In this document: piece after piece, positions 50,248-63,900 of the stretch
How the letters are laid out: every line of letters begins with the position of its first letter
How positions within the stretch are numbered: position 1 is the first letter of the stretch
NCBI GenBank assembly: GCA_973895155.1
Contig: OZ316893.1
Span: 15,902,645-15,966,644 of the forward strand
DNA from: Marsupella aquatica
Taxonomy: Eukaryota; Plantae; Marchantiophyta
DNA length: 64,000 nucleotides
Direction of reading: 5' to 3'
Translations under genes and position numbers: made by a program
Notes under the pieces: generated by a model
Seen by the model: only the letters and a program-made list of their open reading frames with translations
Told to the model about the DNA's origin: nothing
Database searches by the model: none

Positions 50248-52291
50248 TCCTATTTCTCCATATACACATGAGAAAACGTTCTCATGTAGGTGTTTGACTC
50301 AACATATTTATTTAATAAATGACCCATCTTCCCGTTACTTGACCATTATTTTATCTTATATGGAACTATATATGGAATGTTAAAGCTAGCGAGATCGCTA
50401 GCTCAATCAACCACGTAAAATGGTTCAAAAACTTATAAAACACCCTCTTTGACTTGGTCAAATTAAGAACCATTTTTTGGCTAGCGATGTCGCTAGTAAA
50501 AATAGTTTCTCATATGTGACCATTATGACCGTTTGTATCCGTTGGAATTGGTCAACGAGTAACTTGATGTCAACAGTACGGTGGAGTACAGGACACTTGT
50601 CTCTATGTTATTTGATACTTTTGCTTCAGTCATGAGTTTGGTTGATTGTATTTTTGTAAGTACATGTATCCCTAACGGTGTGACCTGAAAAATGATTGTG
50701 AAGAGCACATATCGTACATAATATCTGCATCTCTTTTCACGACTGGGCATTGCATTCAGGTGAAAGCAACAAAGGCAGGTACAATTCTGTCTTTGACTGG
50801 ATGATTGGTTCTTGGGTTTCAAGGGTTTTTTTACGTTCTCAAAGCATGTTGCCCTCATCCTTGACCTGTTCATACCCTTATCATGTTACGGGCCGGCTGA
50901 TGGAGCCATTGTCTTCACCTGAGAGCTTGTCATCAATAGGATCATTCAAGTCAGTCAAGTCAAGCCGAAGGGAGACAAGGTCTACTACAAACAAGAAGGT
51001 GCTTGAGGCGGGATTGAAAACACCAAAGAGACCGAAGATGGTGAACCAAGTGGATGTTGTGAATCCTATGTTTCAACCTGGCGCTTTAGAACCCTATTTT
51101 GTTGTCATCAACCGCTATCTTTTCCCTTTTGGAGCTGACAAATTTTGATTCCCCCTTGCTCCTCCAAGGATTTCGCTTTGCAGAATGCAAAATATGCAGA
51201 TTGTTTGGTCCTTGCAGACAAACTCAACTGTGATTGAGACCCTCAAGAATGAATTCCAGACGCAGGGATACATCGAGGATGCACCTCAATTTTACGTACA
51301 AATGACGGACAAAGAGGGCCATGTCCAGATGTGCGACGATGTGATTAGGGAGTCGTGGGATGACATGTGGATTCTTCAGAACAACAAATTCAAGAGGGAA
51401 TGTTATTCTCATGAGGCTTTCAAAATTTTGAAAGACAAAATGTTTTGTGTTTTTGATGGAAATCATCGTCTCTACTCGTGGATGCAACTTGCAAACAAGA
51501 ATCCACATGATGTCAAGTACCATCCTCGAGTTGTTTGCCAAATTTTCAAGGGTGACAAGAACTCATTTGTGCAGATTGAGTCGGCCATGCATGCGTTGAA
51601 TAGGTTTGTTTCTATTCCTTCAAGCAGTGAATTGAAAAAAATTCTTTTTGTTCCTCTTGTTAGCAATCTTGCTGACCTATTTCTTTGGTTCAGGTTGACT
51701 CAATGTCACGTTGAGAATTCTTGGGTGCTTGAAGCTGAGCTAGCCCAGAAGGTGCTCAGCAATGATCTTTCTGTATACAAAGATATCATTGATGCAGACA
51801 ACTACAAAATTTTCCAGCAGAAGATGGCAAATATCAGGAAACCGGCTTGGTATTCAAAGAACATGACACTTGATGCCTGCACATACATTATGTCTGCTGC
51901 TAATATTGCAACGCAGACTGAAGATTTGAAGAAGAAGTTCCAGTTGAAAGAAGCGCAAGGAGAACCGCTTTCTAAAGCTGCATAAGACATGGCTATGAGA
52001 GACATGATGAAGGAACAACTAGTAGATTGGAATGTGAAGGTGCCAAAGATTGGACCTCTTCTGACTCATGAGTTTGGTGACTTTTTCCATAAGTGTGTTG
52101 AGATGCACACGGGGATGCACAACTACTGCAAACATGAGAGGAAGGAGGCCCAACGAACAAATGATAAAGGAAGGGGAAATGTGTCGTGTGGTCTTGATTG
52201 TGCGAGACTATTTACTGGTGTCTCTTCATTGACACCCCAACTGAGATGTGTACTCCTTGAGGCACAATGCAGACTTGAGCTTCGCAAAAAG

Positions 52292-52634
52292 TGTTGAGCA
52301 TAGACTACATTTGCAACAGCAAGCCCATGAACCATCCAACGCACAAGAGTCGACACAGAGAGATACGTGGTTCACCTCCACATGAGGCTACGTCCACAAG
52401 AACACACAAGAGTTTTCTGCACTCTAGGCCGACCGGCCATACCAAGCATCCACAGTACAAGCTCTCCCTATCTCTCAACTAGCTCCGTAACAATGAGCCT
52501 AAGTTCCACCAGGGTCTAGCATCAGCCCTAGCTATATGCACAACAACACTACGGCTAACATTAGCTTAGACCTAACCCGAGTTAGACTAACTATGGTTAG
52601 CTCATGAGTCACAAGACTAGAGCAATATCTAACA
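52292..52634 (-). repeat. Copia-1 3' LTR
   Basis: Direct repeat of 58862-59205. Confidence 0.95.
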
Positions 52635-52841
52635 AACTCCCCCTTGACTCTTGTCTTGGGGACTGGACTAATTGCTACCATATGGAATCCTTAGCGGGAA
52701 GTTCTAGACAATCACCAAACCAGGTCTCCCCCTAAAAACCACAAGGGTTAACTAAGGGTTAACTAGAACTAAGCCGTAGCCAAACATGAATGAATTATCC
52801 ATATACAAATAGTCACACATTGCTAAATAATTCTACTTGCA

Positions 52842-55800
52842 CTACAACTGCAAAACCTGCAAAGTAGCACGGTGTCTTGAGAAACTCTCCAAAGGAATCA
52901 CTTTGGTAAAAGCATCCGTGGGATTGAGCTTTCCATCAATCTTGACTAGCTCAAAAGTTTTATCAGACACTGCTTGCCTGATAAAATGGTACCTGATATC
53001 AATGTGCTTCACCCTGCTATCCATCACCTGGTTAGCAGCCAAGTGAAGAGCACTCTGACTATCACATTTTAGAGTCATTTTGTCATGCTCTAAACCCATC
53101 TCCGCGATCAACTTGTCCAACCAAATTGCTTCCTTTGCTGCTTTTGCTGCTGCAACATACTCTGCTTCTGTAGTAGACTGAGATATACACTTTTGCAAGG
53201 TAGTTTTCCAACTGATATATCCTCCTCCAAGAGTAAAAACAAACCCAGTTGTAGACCTCCTTGTATCCAGACAGCCTCCATAGTCAAAATCTACATAGCC
53301 AACTAACGCTCTATCTAATCTGTTATCAAATAATAATCCATAGTCCTTTGTTCCCTTCAGATACTTGAGAATCCACTTCACAGCTTCCCAATGTACCTTC
53401 CCTGGATTTGACATGAATCTACTAACCTTGCCCATCGCTAGGGCCAAGTCGGCCTAGTACAAGTCATCAAATACATCAGACTGCCTACTGCCTTCTCATA
53501 AGGAATCTTAGCCATCAGACCTTTCTCCACAGCATCCATAGGAGAGAAAGCCGATGATAACTTGAAATGTGAAGCTAAAGGAATACTCACTGGCTTACAG
53601 TTTTCCATGTTGAATCGTGCGAGTACTTTCCTCACATACTGGCCTTGACTCAAGCACAACTATCCAGTATCAGAGTTCCTAAAAATCTTCATCCCTAAGA
53701 TCCTCTTGGCCTTACCAAGATCCTTCATTCTGAATTCAACACTCAATTTTGCCTTGAGACTATCAACCTCAGATTGATCTTTAGCTACAATCAGCATGTC
53801 ATCCACATAGATCACTAGAATGATGAAACCAAATACATCATTCTTGACTGATTTTGTATACATACAAGGATCATACACCATTCTTGTAAAACCTTAGCAA
53901 GCATGAAATCATCAAACCGCTTGTTCCACTGTCTGGGAGACTGCTTCAATCCATACAAGGACTTGAGCAATCTGCAAACTAAGTTCTCTTGGCCCCTCTT
54001 TATAAAGTGTAGTGGTTGTCTCATGAAGATCATCTCTTCCAAGTTGCCATAGAGAAAAGCAGTAACAACATCCATCTGATCCATCACCAGACCAAAAAAC
54101 ACAACAAGCTGACACAAGATCCGAATTGTGGAATACTTAGCCACCGGTGAAAAGACCTCATTGTAATCCACTCCTTTCTCCTGAGTGAACCCCTTGGCAA
54201 CAAGCCTTGCCTTGTAGATCTTATCTCCACCCTCTGAAGGACTATCCTTCAACTTGTAAATCCACTTGCTGTCCACCACTTGCTGACCTCTTGGAAGCTC
54301 CACTAGCTCCCATGTCTTGTTATCACTCAAAGATTGCAACTCCCTCTACATTGCTGCATTCCACTCATGCTTCTGCTCTGAAGCACAAGCCTCACTGTAC
54401 GAAGAAGGCTCTCCTTCTTCCAAGATCAAAGCCATGTCATCATTATCAGGTGCAATGTCAATATCATCTAGCTTAGATGAGTCTGCCCATTGACCATACT
54501 TGATGGGAGCTCTAGTAGAACGACTGGAAGTTCTTCTAGTAGATGACTCAGGCTGATCTGTTGCTGCTGCTGGTTGAATTTGAGGTACCTCAACAACAAT
54601 CTTCTCCTCTTGTTCCATCACAGGAACCAGCTCCAAGCTAGAGCTTCTCCATCTCTCCTGTTATGAACTGCATCATGACTAATCTCCCCCTCAACCCGGT
54701 CCGGGATGGGAGATTTCCCCTTGTCAATATGGGAGTCTTGAGAACTCTCCCCCTCCTTTGATGATCTAGACTCATTAAAGGACACATCTCTACTCACAAT
54801 TAGTTTACAAGTTACTGGATCCCATAACCTATAACCCTTCACACCTTTCTGATAGCCAAGGAAAATGCACTTCTTCGACTTGGACTCCAGCTTGGATCAA
54901 AGCTGGGAAGGTGTAAGCACATAAGCATCACATCCAAAAATCCTCAGATGTGAGTAATCTGTTGGACGCTCGTACCTCATTTCAAATGGCGTCTTGAATC
55001 CAATAGAATTGGATGGAGAAAAAATTACCAAATAAGCTGCAGTGTTGACAGCTTCAGCCCAAAACTCATGTGGTAAGCATGATTGACTCAACATACTCCT
55101 CGAGCGGTCCAATAGTGTTCGATTGAGTCTCTCAGAAACACCATTCTGTTGAGGAGTATAATTTGTTGTGAGATGGCGGGTAATCCCCTGCTCCTTACAA
55201 TACTTCCAAATTCCCCGGAACTGTATGCACCGCCGTTATCCGATCAAAGATATCTCACCTTATTACCAGTCTGATTCTCAACTTGGGCTTTCCACTCCTT
55301 AAAAGTGGCAAAAACATCATACTTATTGTGTAGAAAGTATATTCACACATACCTTGAGTAATCATCTATGAACGTGACATAGTATAACCGTCCAGAATGT
55401 GAGGGAGTAGGGGCTGGACCCCACACATCACTATGTACATACTCAAGTACCTCCTTGCTGGTGTGAGCTCCAACTCCGAACGGTTTCCTCTGTTGCTTCC
55501 CAAGCACACAGTGCTCACAAAATTCCAACTTACAAGACTGCAAATTAGAAAGTAATCCTTTTTTCTGAAGAATAGCCAAACCTTTTTCACTCATGTGGCC
55601 AACGGAAGTGCCACAGCCGGACCGTCTCCTCATGAGATAAGGTTACATTGGCTTCATCACAAACTACACTGCCCTTCAAAACGTATAGATTGTTATGTCT
55701 TTTTCCCTTCAATATAACTTTAGTACCAGTTGAAACCTGAAGGACACCATTAGCAGAACTCCACTGATGGCCATTTGCTTCTAAAATTCCAAGTGAAATG

Positions 55801-57117
55801 AGATTTTTCATCATGCTGGGAATATGTCTCACATTCTTCAACGTTCTTACAGCACCATCAAACATCTGAAATCTTACAGATCCAAGTCCAACAACTTGAC
55901 ATGGGATTCCATTTCCCATCAACACTGACCCGTTGGAAACCGTGTAAGAACTGAAAAAATCTCTCCTAGAGCAAATGTGAAAAGTACATGCACTATCTAG
56001 AATCCAGTCATCACTACCTGGATTTGACACTACATTGAGAGCATAACCTTGGCATCACAATATATCATCATCATAGAGTAAATCTACCTCATGCGAGCTC
56101 GATGCCGCGTTAGCAAATGCAGTAGGGACCTTTACTTGACAATCCCTTTTCATGTGGCCAGGCTTGCCACAATCCCAACATGCAAGAGGCTTCCTCTCAT
56201 AATTTCCCTCTGGATTTAGATCTCCCACATGATGTAGATCTAAACCTGTTCTGTCCATTTGAGCGTTGCGTTGCTCTCCCACGGTTCACATTGAGCGCAA
56301 TGCCAGTAGAAGATGCTGTCTGTGATTGACCCAGCTTCTTTTGAGCATCATCAGACAGTAAAGAGCTCACCACCTCATTATATGATATGGACTTCAGATC
56401 TCTGTACAAGAGCACATGTTTCAAGCCCTGATATGACGGCAGTAAGGAGCTTAGCAAAAGCAAGGCCTTATCCTCATCGTCAACTCCTTTTCCTAGGTTT
56501 GACAGATCCACCGCTAGACTGTCAAACTCATCCAGGTGATCCTGCATCTTGCTCCCTTCCTTGAGCCTGAGGCTCATCAAGAAAGACTTCTTGTACAGCT
56601 GGTCTGACGCATCTTCCCGGTAGTACTTCTCTCTAAGAGCCTTGAATAGTGATGCGCAATCCGCATAATCATCCAGCTACTTGATGATGTGCGGCTTGAG
56701 ATATAGCATCATTGCATTGACAACAATCACCTGCTCCTGTCTCCATTGTCTCACAAAAATCTCCTCCTCTTCATCATACTGCTCTTGCGATGAAAGCAGA
56801 TGAGCTAAGCCCATGGCCCGAAGAACACCCTTCACTTGCTTCTCCCACAACAAGTAATCAGTACGACCATCATACTTCTCCACCTCAAACTTCACTCCTC
56901 CAAATCTAGCCATCTCCCTCTTCTTTCCTACTACCGATAGCTCTGGTAGTAGTACAACTTCCTCCACTGCACGCCGCACCGGTGATCGTACCGGTGACAC
57001 TAGTTCTTCCTCAAACGGTAGCAGCTCCTCCTCAGACTCTCCGTCTGACTGTCGCGATCCTGAAGCTTCACCGATGCCAATTCTTCCAATATCCTCCAAG
57101 TCACTCATATGAAACAA
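52842..57117 (-). pseudogene. Copia-1 gag-pol (gag, CCHC, protease, integrase, RT, RNase H)
   Basis: FEVEKYDG; CWDCGKPGHMKRDC; WILDSACTFH; CEHC; YKARLVAKGFTQ; YVDDM; STTEAEY; KHIDIRYHF. Confidence 0.95.
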
Positions 57118-58861
57118 TCACGAAAAAACATCTTTTTTTGAAACTTCTCATAAAACTCAAAACTCAACACCACCGCGTAGCCCACGAAGCTAGGAGTCCA
57201 ATACTGAAAGCCGAAATCAAAATTGAAATTCAACAAAAAAGTTATTCAAATTTTGGTCGGGGTGGGTAAAACCTTGGGAAACTCCCCCATTTTGACCACC
57301 TCAGAGAATAACCAAAAATACCCAGTACAACCCGTCGTCGGAATCGCGATGTGATTGGTGCGCCTTGTTGCTAACTCCAGTGGCAACGTCCTCACCGAAA
57401 AAGAACCAAAAAAGTTCCCGTTCGGCGGACGAAATCTTCGTCGGACGGCCAAAAAACAGCTCTTTGTTTTTTTCAAGAATATTCCCGCACAATTCGACAG
57501 GTCTCACAGGGGGCCGTCCCCTTGTTGGAGCGGTTAAAATGGAGGGCGGCAGGTCCCGACATCAAGTAGAACAAAAAGAGGAGAAAAAAGGCTAAAAAAG
57601 GGTCCTTAAAGGGGGTGCAAAGTCCCTAAATTCTAAAAATACAGGTTTAAAAAAGGCGCATCCGCATCACCTATACGCGAGGAAGGAAAAAAACAGGCAA
57701 AAAATAGGCCCTAAAGGGGGTCCTTAGTGCCCCTTAAAGCCAAAATACACCCCGTATGGGGTCGGGGGTACATGGGCAGGCGAGTGCGGGCGTATGAGGG
57801 GCGGGAGGCTCGCAGGTCGGCTGCATACGCAGCCGGAGATGGGGTCCCGGGGGCGTACCATTGCCGTGCACCGGGGAGGGGTGCTGGCAGGAGGCAAGCG
57901 CAAGGTGGGACTACGGGGGCGTAGGGCGAAGACAGGGCCGGCCTTAAGGCGAAACCTGCCGGGAGGGAGTCGGGGCCGGCTTGCGAAGGGTGAGGTGCGG
58001 GGCGCGTGCCGGCCGGCGCTGCAGACCCCACCGTATAAACGGGGTGCGGGGGGGCAGGCGATTACGGGGTCACGGGGGCCGGGGTGTGTAAGGTGTGTAT
58101 ACACACCTCGTGTGTGTATACACACACCAAACACCCCCTTTAAAACAAAAAGTGACCCTTAAAAATAAAATGCCGATTACACACCTTATCCGCCGCTGTT
58201 TGAAACAAAGAAAGTGAACCCCGCTGACAGAAAAAGTTTCCAAATTGCACCGGCACAGTTTGCAGCTCCAGTAGAGTAAAAAAATTCCGCCACGACGCCT
58301 TCACTCCGCGTCAAGTGGCAATCTCGGGCTCTAAATGACCGCCTTGCCGCGATCAAACCGTTGAGCCGTAGCACTTCGCATTTCTTCCACCGAGTCAGAT
58401 GTCACAAAGAGAAACCCGGTTCAGATAGGAACAAGCTCCATAGCTTGTGAAAAAACCTGAATGCCTCCGTCACTCGTCACGTCTCACTTGGTAACAACTC
58501 GGTAGCAATCGAGCTACCGAAACGACCAACTCGCTTCAACCTTCAAGTTGAGCTATAATGCGCGATCCCTCCCGCACTGCACAGCTCACACCGTTGAAAA
58601 ACGCAAACTCTGGTCTCTCCCCCGAAAAGCCGTCAAACATGAATAAAACCTGAACGACACAAATTTCAATTCCTCCGCACCATGGATATCGATCAACGAG
58701 TTTTAACCACCGTTAGAAAGCCCTCTCACTAACCTATCCGCTCAGCCACACACAATCGAGTTTCATGCGACAAAACTCTGAATGTCCCATTGACAATGAA
58801 CGTTGGAAGAAACCTGTCACGAAAAAATCTCGTCACCTCCCAGGCATGCTCAGATACCACT

Positions 58862-59205
58862 TGTTGAGCATAGACTACATTCGCAATGGCAAGCCCATGA
58901 ACCATCCAACGCACAAGAGTCAACACAGAGAGATACGTGGTTCACCTCCACATGAGGCTACGTCCACGGGAGCACACAGGAGCTTTACTGCACTCTAGGC
59001 CGACCGGCCATACCAAGCATCCACAGCACAAGCTCTCCCTATCTCTCAACTAGCTCCGTAACAATGAGCCTAAGTTCCACCAGGGTCTGGCATCAGCCTT
59101 GGCTATATGCACAACAACACTACGGCTAACATTAGCTTAGACCTAACCCGAGTTAGACTAACTATGGTTAGCTCATGAGTCACAAGACTAGAGCAATATC
59201 TAACA
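58862..59205 (-). repeat. Copia-1 5' LTR
   Basis: Adjacent to the PBS; direct repeat of 52292-52634. Confidence 0.95.
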
Positions 59206-60923
59206 AAAAGTACTTCCACCCCGGTCAATTCTTTGACACCAAAACAAAACTTTGGCTTCACCAATGGGCTGTATGGGAGCAGGTCGAGTCAATTTGTTTT
59301 TCACTCATGTCTAAGATTATTTCTGAGTTGATCCCAACTATTCCAGATGCAAGGATCCTTATTTTGTCTGAGAAGACAAAGCCACCGCTAATCCTTGACA
59401 TAGAGGAGGACTTTGAAGATTTCCAAACGAGAGTGAAAACTCATTTTTTCAAACAGATTTGGCCACCAAAGTCGGGTGAGAAGATTGACATCTCACTTTT
59501 TTGGAGGAGGGCGAAGAGATATACGTATTGTTTTTTTGTGGATAGAGAAGTTGTTGACAAAACATATGGTGGTCCTATCTTGCTTGCTTCTTGCCTTGGA
59601 TAGTAGGGGTGAAAGAGGATCCAACCTCTGTTAAATACGAAGAGTACTCGACGTACCCATGTGAGGGAGTGGAGGCTCCAAGGAAGATGAGTGAGTGGGA
59701 AGTCCTCCACTGTCCATGGTATTTAGAATCAGACAAATGGGCAGTGACATTTGACACTGTAGAGAAGGCAGCCTTTCATATGATAAATCGAGGCTTGATA
59801 CTAGAGTCGTCTTACATTACGGAGTCCAAATTAGCTCCTGTAGAAGCAGAGGCTGGCGGATGTGAGGCAATGGAGAAAGTTGTTCTTGGTGTGGCCGCCA
59901 TTGTTGACCGGAGTCAATCGAGGAGACCTCGGAAGGTGCCGGTGAAGGACTCGTCTAAAGATGGATCAATCTTGTCTGGCAAGCAAAGTAAGTCCTTTTC
60001 TCCTCTTATATATTTTCATACTACACTCGGAGTAATTTTGTCTGAGTGACCTGTCTGACATGAACATGTTTTTCAGAGAAGAGAAAGGCAGCAGCCTCCA
60101 GGAGTTTGAAGAGTGGGGCGGATGATGGAGAAGAACCCAAGTCTCCTGATGTTGAGGTCACAACAAAATCTGCTGTAGACCTTGGTTCAATCAAGCGTTT
60201 AAAGAGGAAGCGCAATGTGCAAATTCTCTCCGACTCGGATGAGGAGGAAGCATGCATCGCTCGAGGAGTAGCACAAATGTGTGGTCTTAAGAAGGACGGT
60301 GAGAGGCTTTTCTTGGCAAAAAGCAATCTCACTGAAACTGCAAACTCAATTAGCCAGAGGAAAGTAAGACCTCCCTGGATGGGCGATGTAGATCAGTGGT
60401 TGTCTGGGATGAGCAAATCGAGCAAACACCCAAATCCAGTAATAATCAATGGCAAACCGTACTCTGGGATTGGTGCTCACTTGGGTTTCATTTTCCTTCC
60501 CACGGGTCATAGAACGAGTGTCACAGACCGGGAGGTCCCAAAGTGGAATGTTTGGAGTGAGAAATTACCATATTATGTTTTTGGATTCATGCGTCCGATG
60601 CTTGCCGATGATGGTTATGTTGCAGTTCTTCACAGCTATGACTATAACCAGATGAGACAAAAAAATTCTGCCGTCGAGCAGAAGAACAAATTCAAACATG
60701 TCCGACAGTATTCAGTTTTGCTTTCATCTCCTTTGTATCAGGCAGATATGGACATAGAGGTAAGATATTCTATTAAATTCCTCAATATTTTTTGTGCAAT
60801 TTTTGCTAGCGAGCTTGCTAACCAAAAGTACCCATTTCTGACAAATCCTTGTTTTCAATTCAGGTAGTTACTCTCATTATGGATGTCTTCTACAAGGTGG
60901 AATTCTCAGCAAAAGTCCCAAAA

Positions 60924-63900
60924 TGTTACAAACCTAATACACCAACAATGATATGATCTTCTATTCCAAGGAGAGAATATATATACATATGGTAACTCTG
61001 GTTGGAGTTAACCATGGGTTCTAACTATAGTTAGTATACCCAATCATATTAGGGTATAACACTCCCCCTTGGGTGTTATCATTTTAGGAAAAATGTGACA
61101 ACCAATCTTCTATCAATGTATATGAATAGGTGATGGGGGTGCAACCTCATTAAAACCTTCCCTACTTTCTTTTGTGGAAGGAAAGAGTATTGCCACCCTA
61201 CATCCCTTTAAGTTTTAAAATAAAGTTGTGTCTTTCTAAAGTAATCTGTATTTGCATTTGTCTATTCCCTACTTTTCTAGACTAATTGCATTCAGAGTAT
61301 ATGTTTTTAGGTTTGTATTTTGGGTTGTGGTGTCGTTCTGCAAGAGGTCCATCGAGTGTAAGTGGTGTTGAAGTCGGTTGTATGAGAGTGGAATGGCGGG
61401 TTCTCTTTCGTGCAAGTACTGTCGATGTCGGGGTGAGCTGCAATGGTTGGAGATGCAATTGCCCTGGGTCTTTGTGATAGGGTCAATCGGAGAGATGCCG
61501 GTGCGTCTTCTTGAGGATTCATCAAGTTTCGTCTGTGGCTCTTGAGGAAGTCGATTGCCAGAGGTTAGTCGAACAACTTGTGTTTTGTCAGGCTGGTGTT
61601 GTTCGTTCTCGCAACGTTCATCAGGGAAGTCAAATCTCCCCCTCAATCTTTGTATCCTGCAAAAGCTTTGTTACGCTGCGTATTCCTATTGAATAAGTTA
61701 GTGATTGATGGAGGGACGGTGGTAGAGACTTCGTAAGGATATCTGTCTTGTTCTGATTTCCTGGAATCCATTGTACATCAATTTCTTTTCCTTGTTGTTC
61801 GTGTGAGAAAAAAAAATTAGGCGCAATATGTTTTGTACGTTCGCCTTTGATGAATCCGGTTTTGATTTGAGTTATGCAAGGCATGTTATCTTTGAAGAGT
61901 ATTGTAGGTTTGGTTAATTTTGGTTTACCTGTGATGATCAGAATATGATCTAAGACTTTACGTAGCCATAAACACTCACGACTTGTTTCGTAGAGAGCAA
62001 TTATTTCAGAGTGATTGGAAGAAGTAGTAGTAAGAGTCTGTTTGGTGCTGCGCCATGAAATTGGTATCGGGCCCATCAAGAAAATATATCCAGTTTGAGA
62101 TTTACCATCTTGTGGATCGGATAGATAGCCAGCGTCAGCATATCCTGTTAAACTGTAATCTGCATCATAAGGAAAGTATAATCCAAAGTCGGATGTACCA
62201 ATAAGATAACGGAATATCCTTTTAATACCGTTCCAGTGTCTGATAGTGGGCTGTGCGCTGTGTCTTGCGAGTAAGTTGACCGTGAATGCTATGTCCGGTC
62301 GAGTTTGATTAGATAGAAACATAAGAGCACCGATAGCCGAAAGGTATGGCATATCTGAACCTAGTAAAGGTTTGAAATCTTCTCTCTTCCTGAACATATC
62401 TTTTTGTATGTCCAAGGTACGTATATCCATGGGGGACTTCACAAATTTTAACGAGTCCATATGGAAATGTTTTAACACCTTCTTTGTGTAAGTCTCTTGA
62501 TGTAGGAGAATGCCCGTTTGTAAATGTTCAAATTGAAGTCCAATGTAGTAAGAAGTTCTTCCTAAATCCCGCATTTCGAACACGCGTTTTAGCGTTTGTA
62601 TAGATTCTTGCATCATCTTGTTTGTACCAAACAAGTTGAGGTCATCTACATAAATAGCAATTATTATGAATTCAGGTCCTTGATTCTTTATGAATAGACA
62701 AGGCGCAATCTCTGAATTTTTGTATCCCATGGATATCATCTCTGTTTTGAAACGCTGGTACCAGGTACGTCCACTTTGTTTTAGGCCGTAGAGTGAACAA
62801 AGAACCTGAATAGCAAATTGGGTCTTTCTATTTCCAGGAGTTTCCTGGAATGCAATTGCTTTAGAGGTATTATGGAGTACCAACTTATTTAAGTAGTCAA
62901 ATTCATTTGCATGTTTGTTACTATGCATATTTGAATCATGATTTGAATTCGCATGGAAATTGACACGTTCTATAAGCTGTGGTGGAGCTTCCATATAGAT
63001 CACAGTGTCAAGTTGACCGTAAAGATAAGCGGTCACTATATCTAGTTGATGATTAAGAGTTTATGTTGGATTGCAAATGCTATCAAGTAGCGGTAAGTAG
63101 TTACATCCATGACTGGTGAATAAGTTAGGTCATAATCTGTGCCATAGATTTGAGTATATCCCTTTGCAACGAGTCGAGCTTTATATCTCACAATTTCTCC
63201 TTGGGAATTCCTCTTTTTGGTAAATATTATTCTGTACCCTGTAAGGTGTTGGTCTGGGGTAGCAATGGTTATAGGACCAAATACTTTTCGAGAGATCAAA
63301 GAGTCTAACTCTGAGTTCATGGCTATTTTCCATTTAGGCCAATCTGTTTGGTTTTGTGCTTCTTGGACAGATTTCGGGTCAGGTAAGTTAGTAATATCCT
63401 GTGATATATGAAAGGCAAATTGATCATCAGGTATTACTCTAGTTCTATCTAAGATATGGCCAGTGGTATTATAATGTATGGCTATCTCTGGGTGATATGA
63501 TTCTGAAATGTGAGTATGGGTTTTTGGTCTCATTTCAGATGATGTTGGTAGTTTTCGCCTTTGTCTGAGTTGTTTATCAACAGCCCCTACAGGGCGTCCT
63601 CTCTTGGGTTTTAATTGTTGATCAGAAGCTAACCGAGTTCCAATTTGAATCGGGGATGGGGTATTCGCTGCTGGGATATGGGATTTTGTAACATTCGCTG
63701 TATCTGCGAATGAATCAGGTATGGCTTCCATAATCTTTGTAAGTTGAATTATTCTTCTGACTTCTAATTCAGCCTGATCTGTGCGTGGATCAGGACAGAG
63801 TTCAGGACTAGCTTGCCAGGTGAATATTTTTGGTAATGTTAGCTGTTTGCCCTCTGGTAATGTCAGAGTGGGGAAGATGGTTTCATAAAAGTGACAATTT

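Larger units (their letters stand above)
52292..59205 (-). mobile_element. Copia-1: full-length Ty1/Copia LTR retrotransposon (Tnt1/Tork-like), decayed
   Basis: LTRs 52292-52634 and 58862-59205 (TG...CA, about 96% identical by eye); TSD AAAAG (52287-52291, 59206-59210); PBS TGGTATCTGAGC (tRNA-iMet type); PPT next to 52635. Confidence 0.97.
50900..60923 (+). pseudogene. ParB/Srx-like plus DNA-methyltransferase-like fusion gene, copy 3; interrupted by Copia-1 and Copia-2
   Basis: DKMFCVFDGNHRLYSW at ~51434-51480; LELRK|KYFHP rejoins across Copia-1; HLGFIFLPTG...VPKWN...RPMLADDGYVAVLH (60478-60633). Confidence 0.75.

Noticed and set aside
57711-58162. Overlapping Pro/Gly/Arg-rich ORFs
   Set aside because: By-product of the GC-rich Copia leader; no domain motifs
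19932-60923. Bacterial contamination as the source of the ParB/MTase-like sequences
   Set aside because: Genes have GT-AG introns at shared positions and are interleaved with plant LINE, CACTA and Copia elements with TSDs
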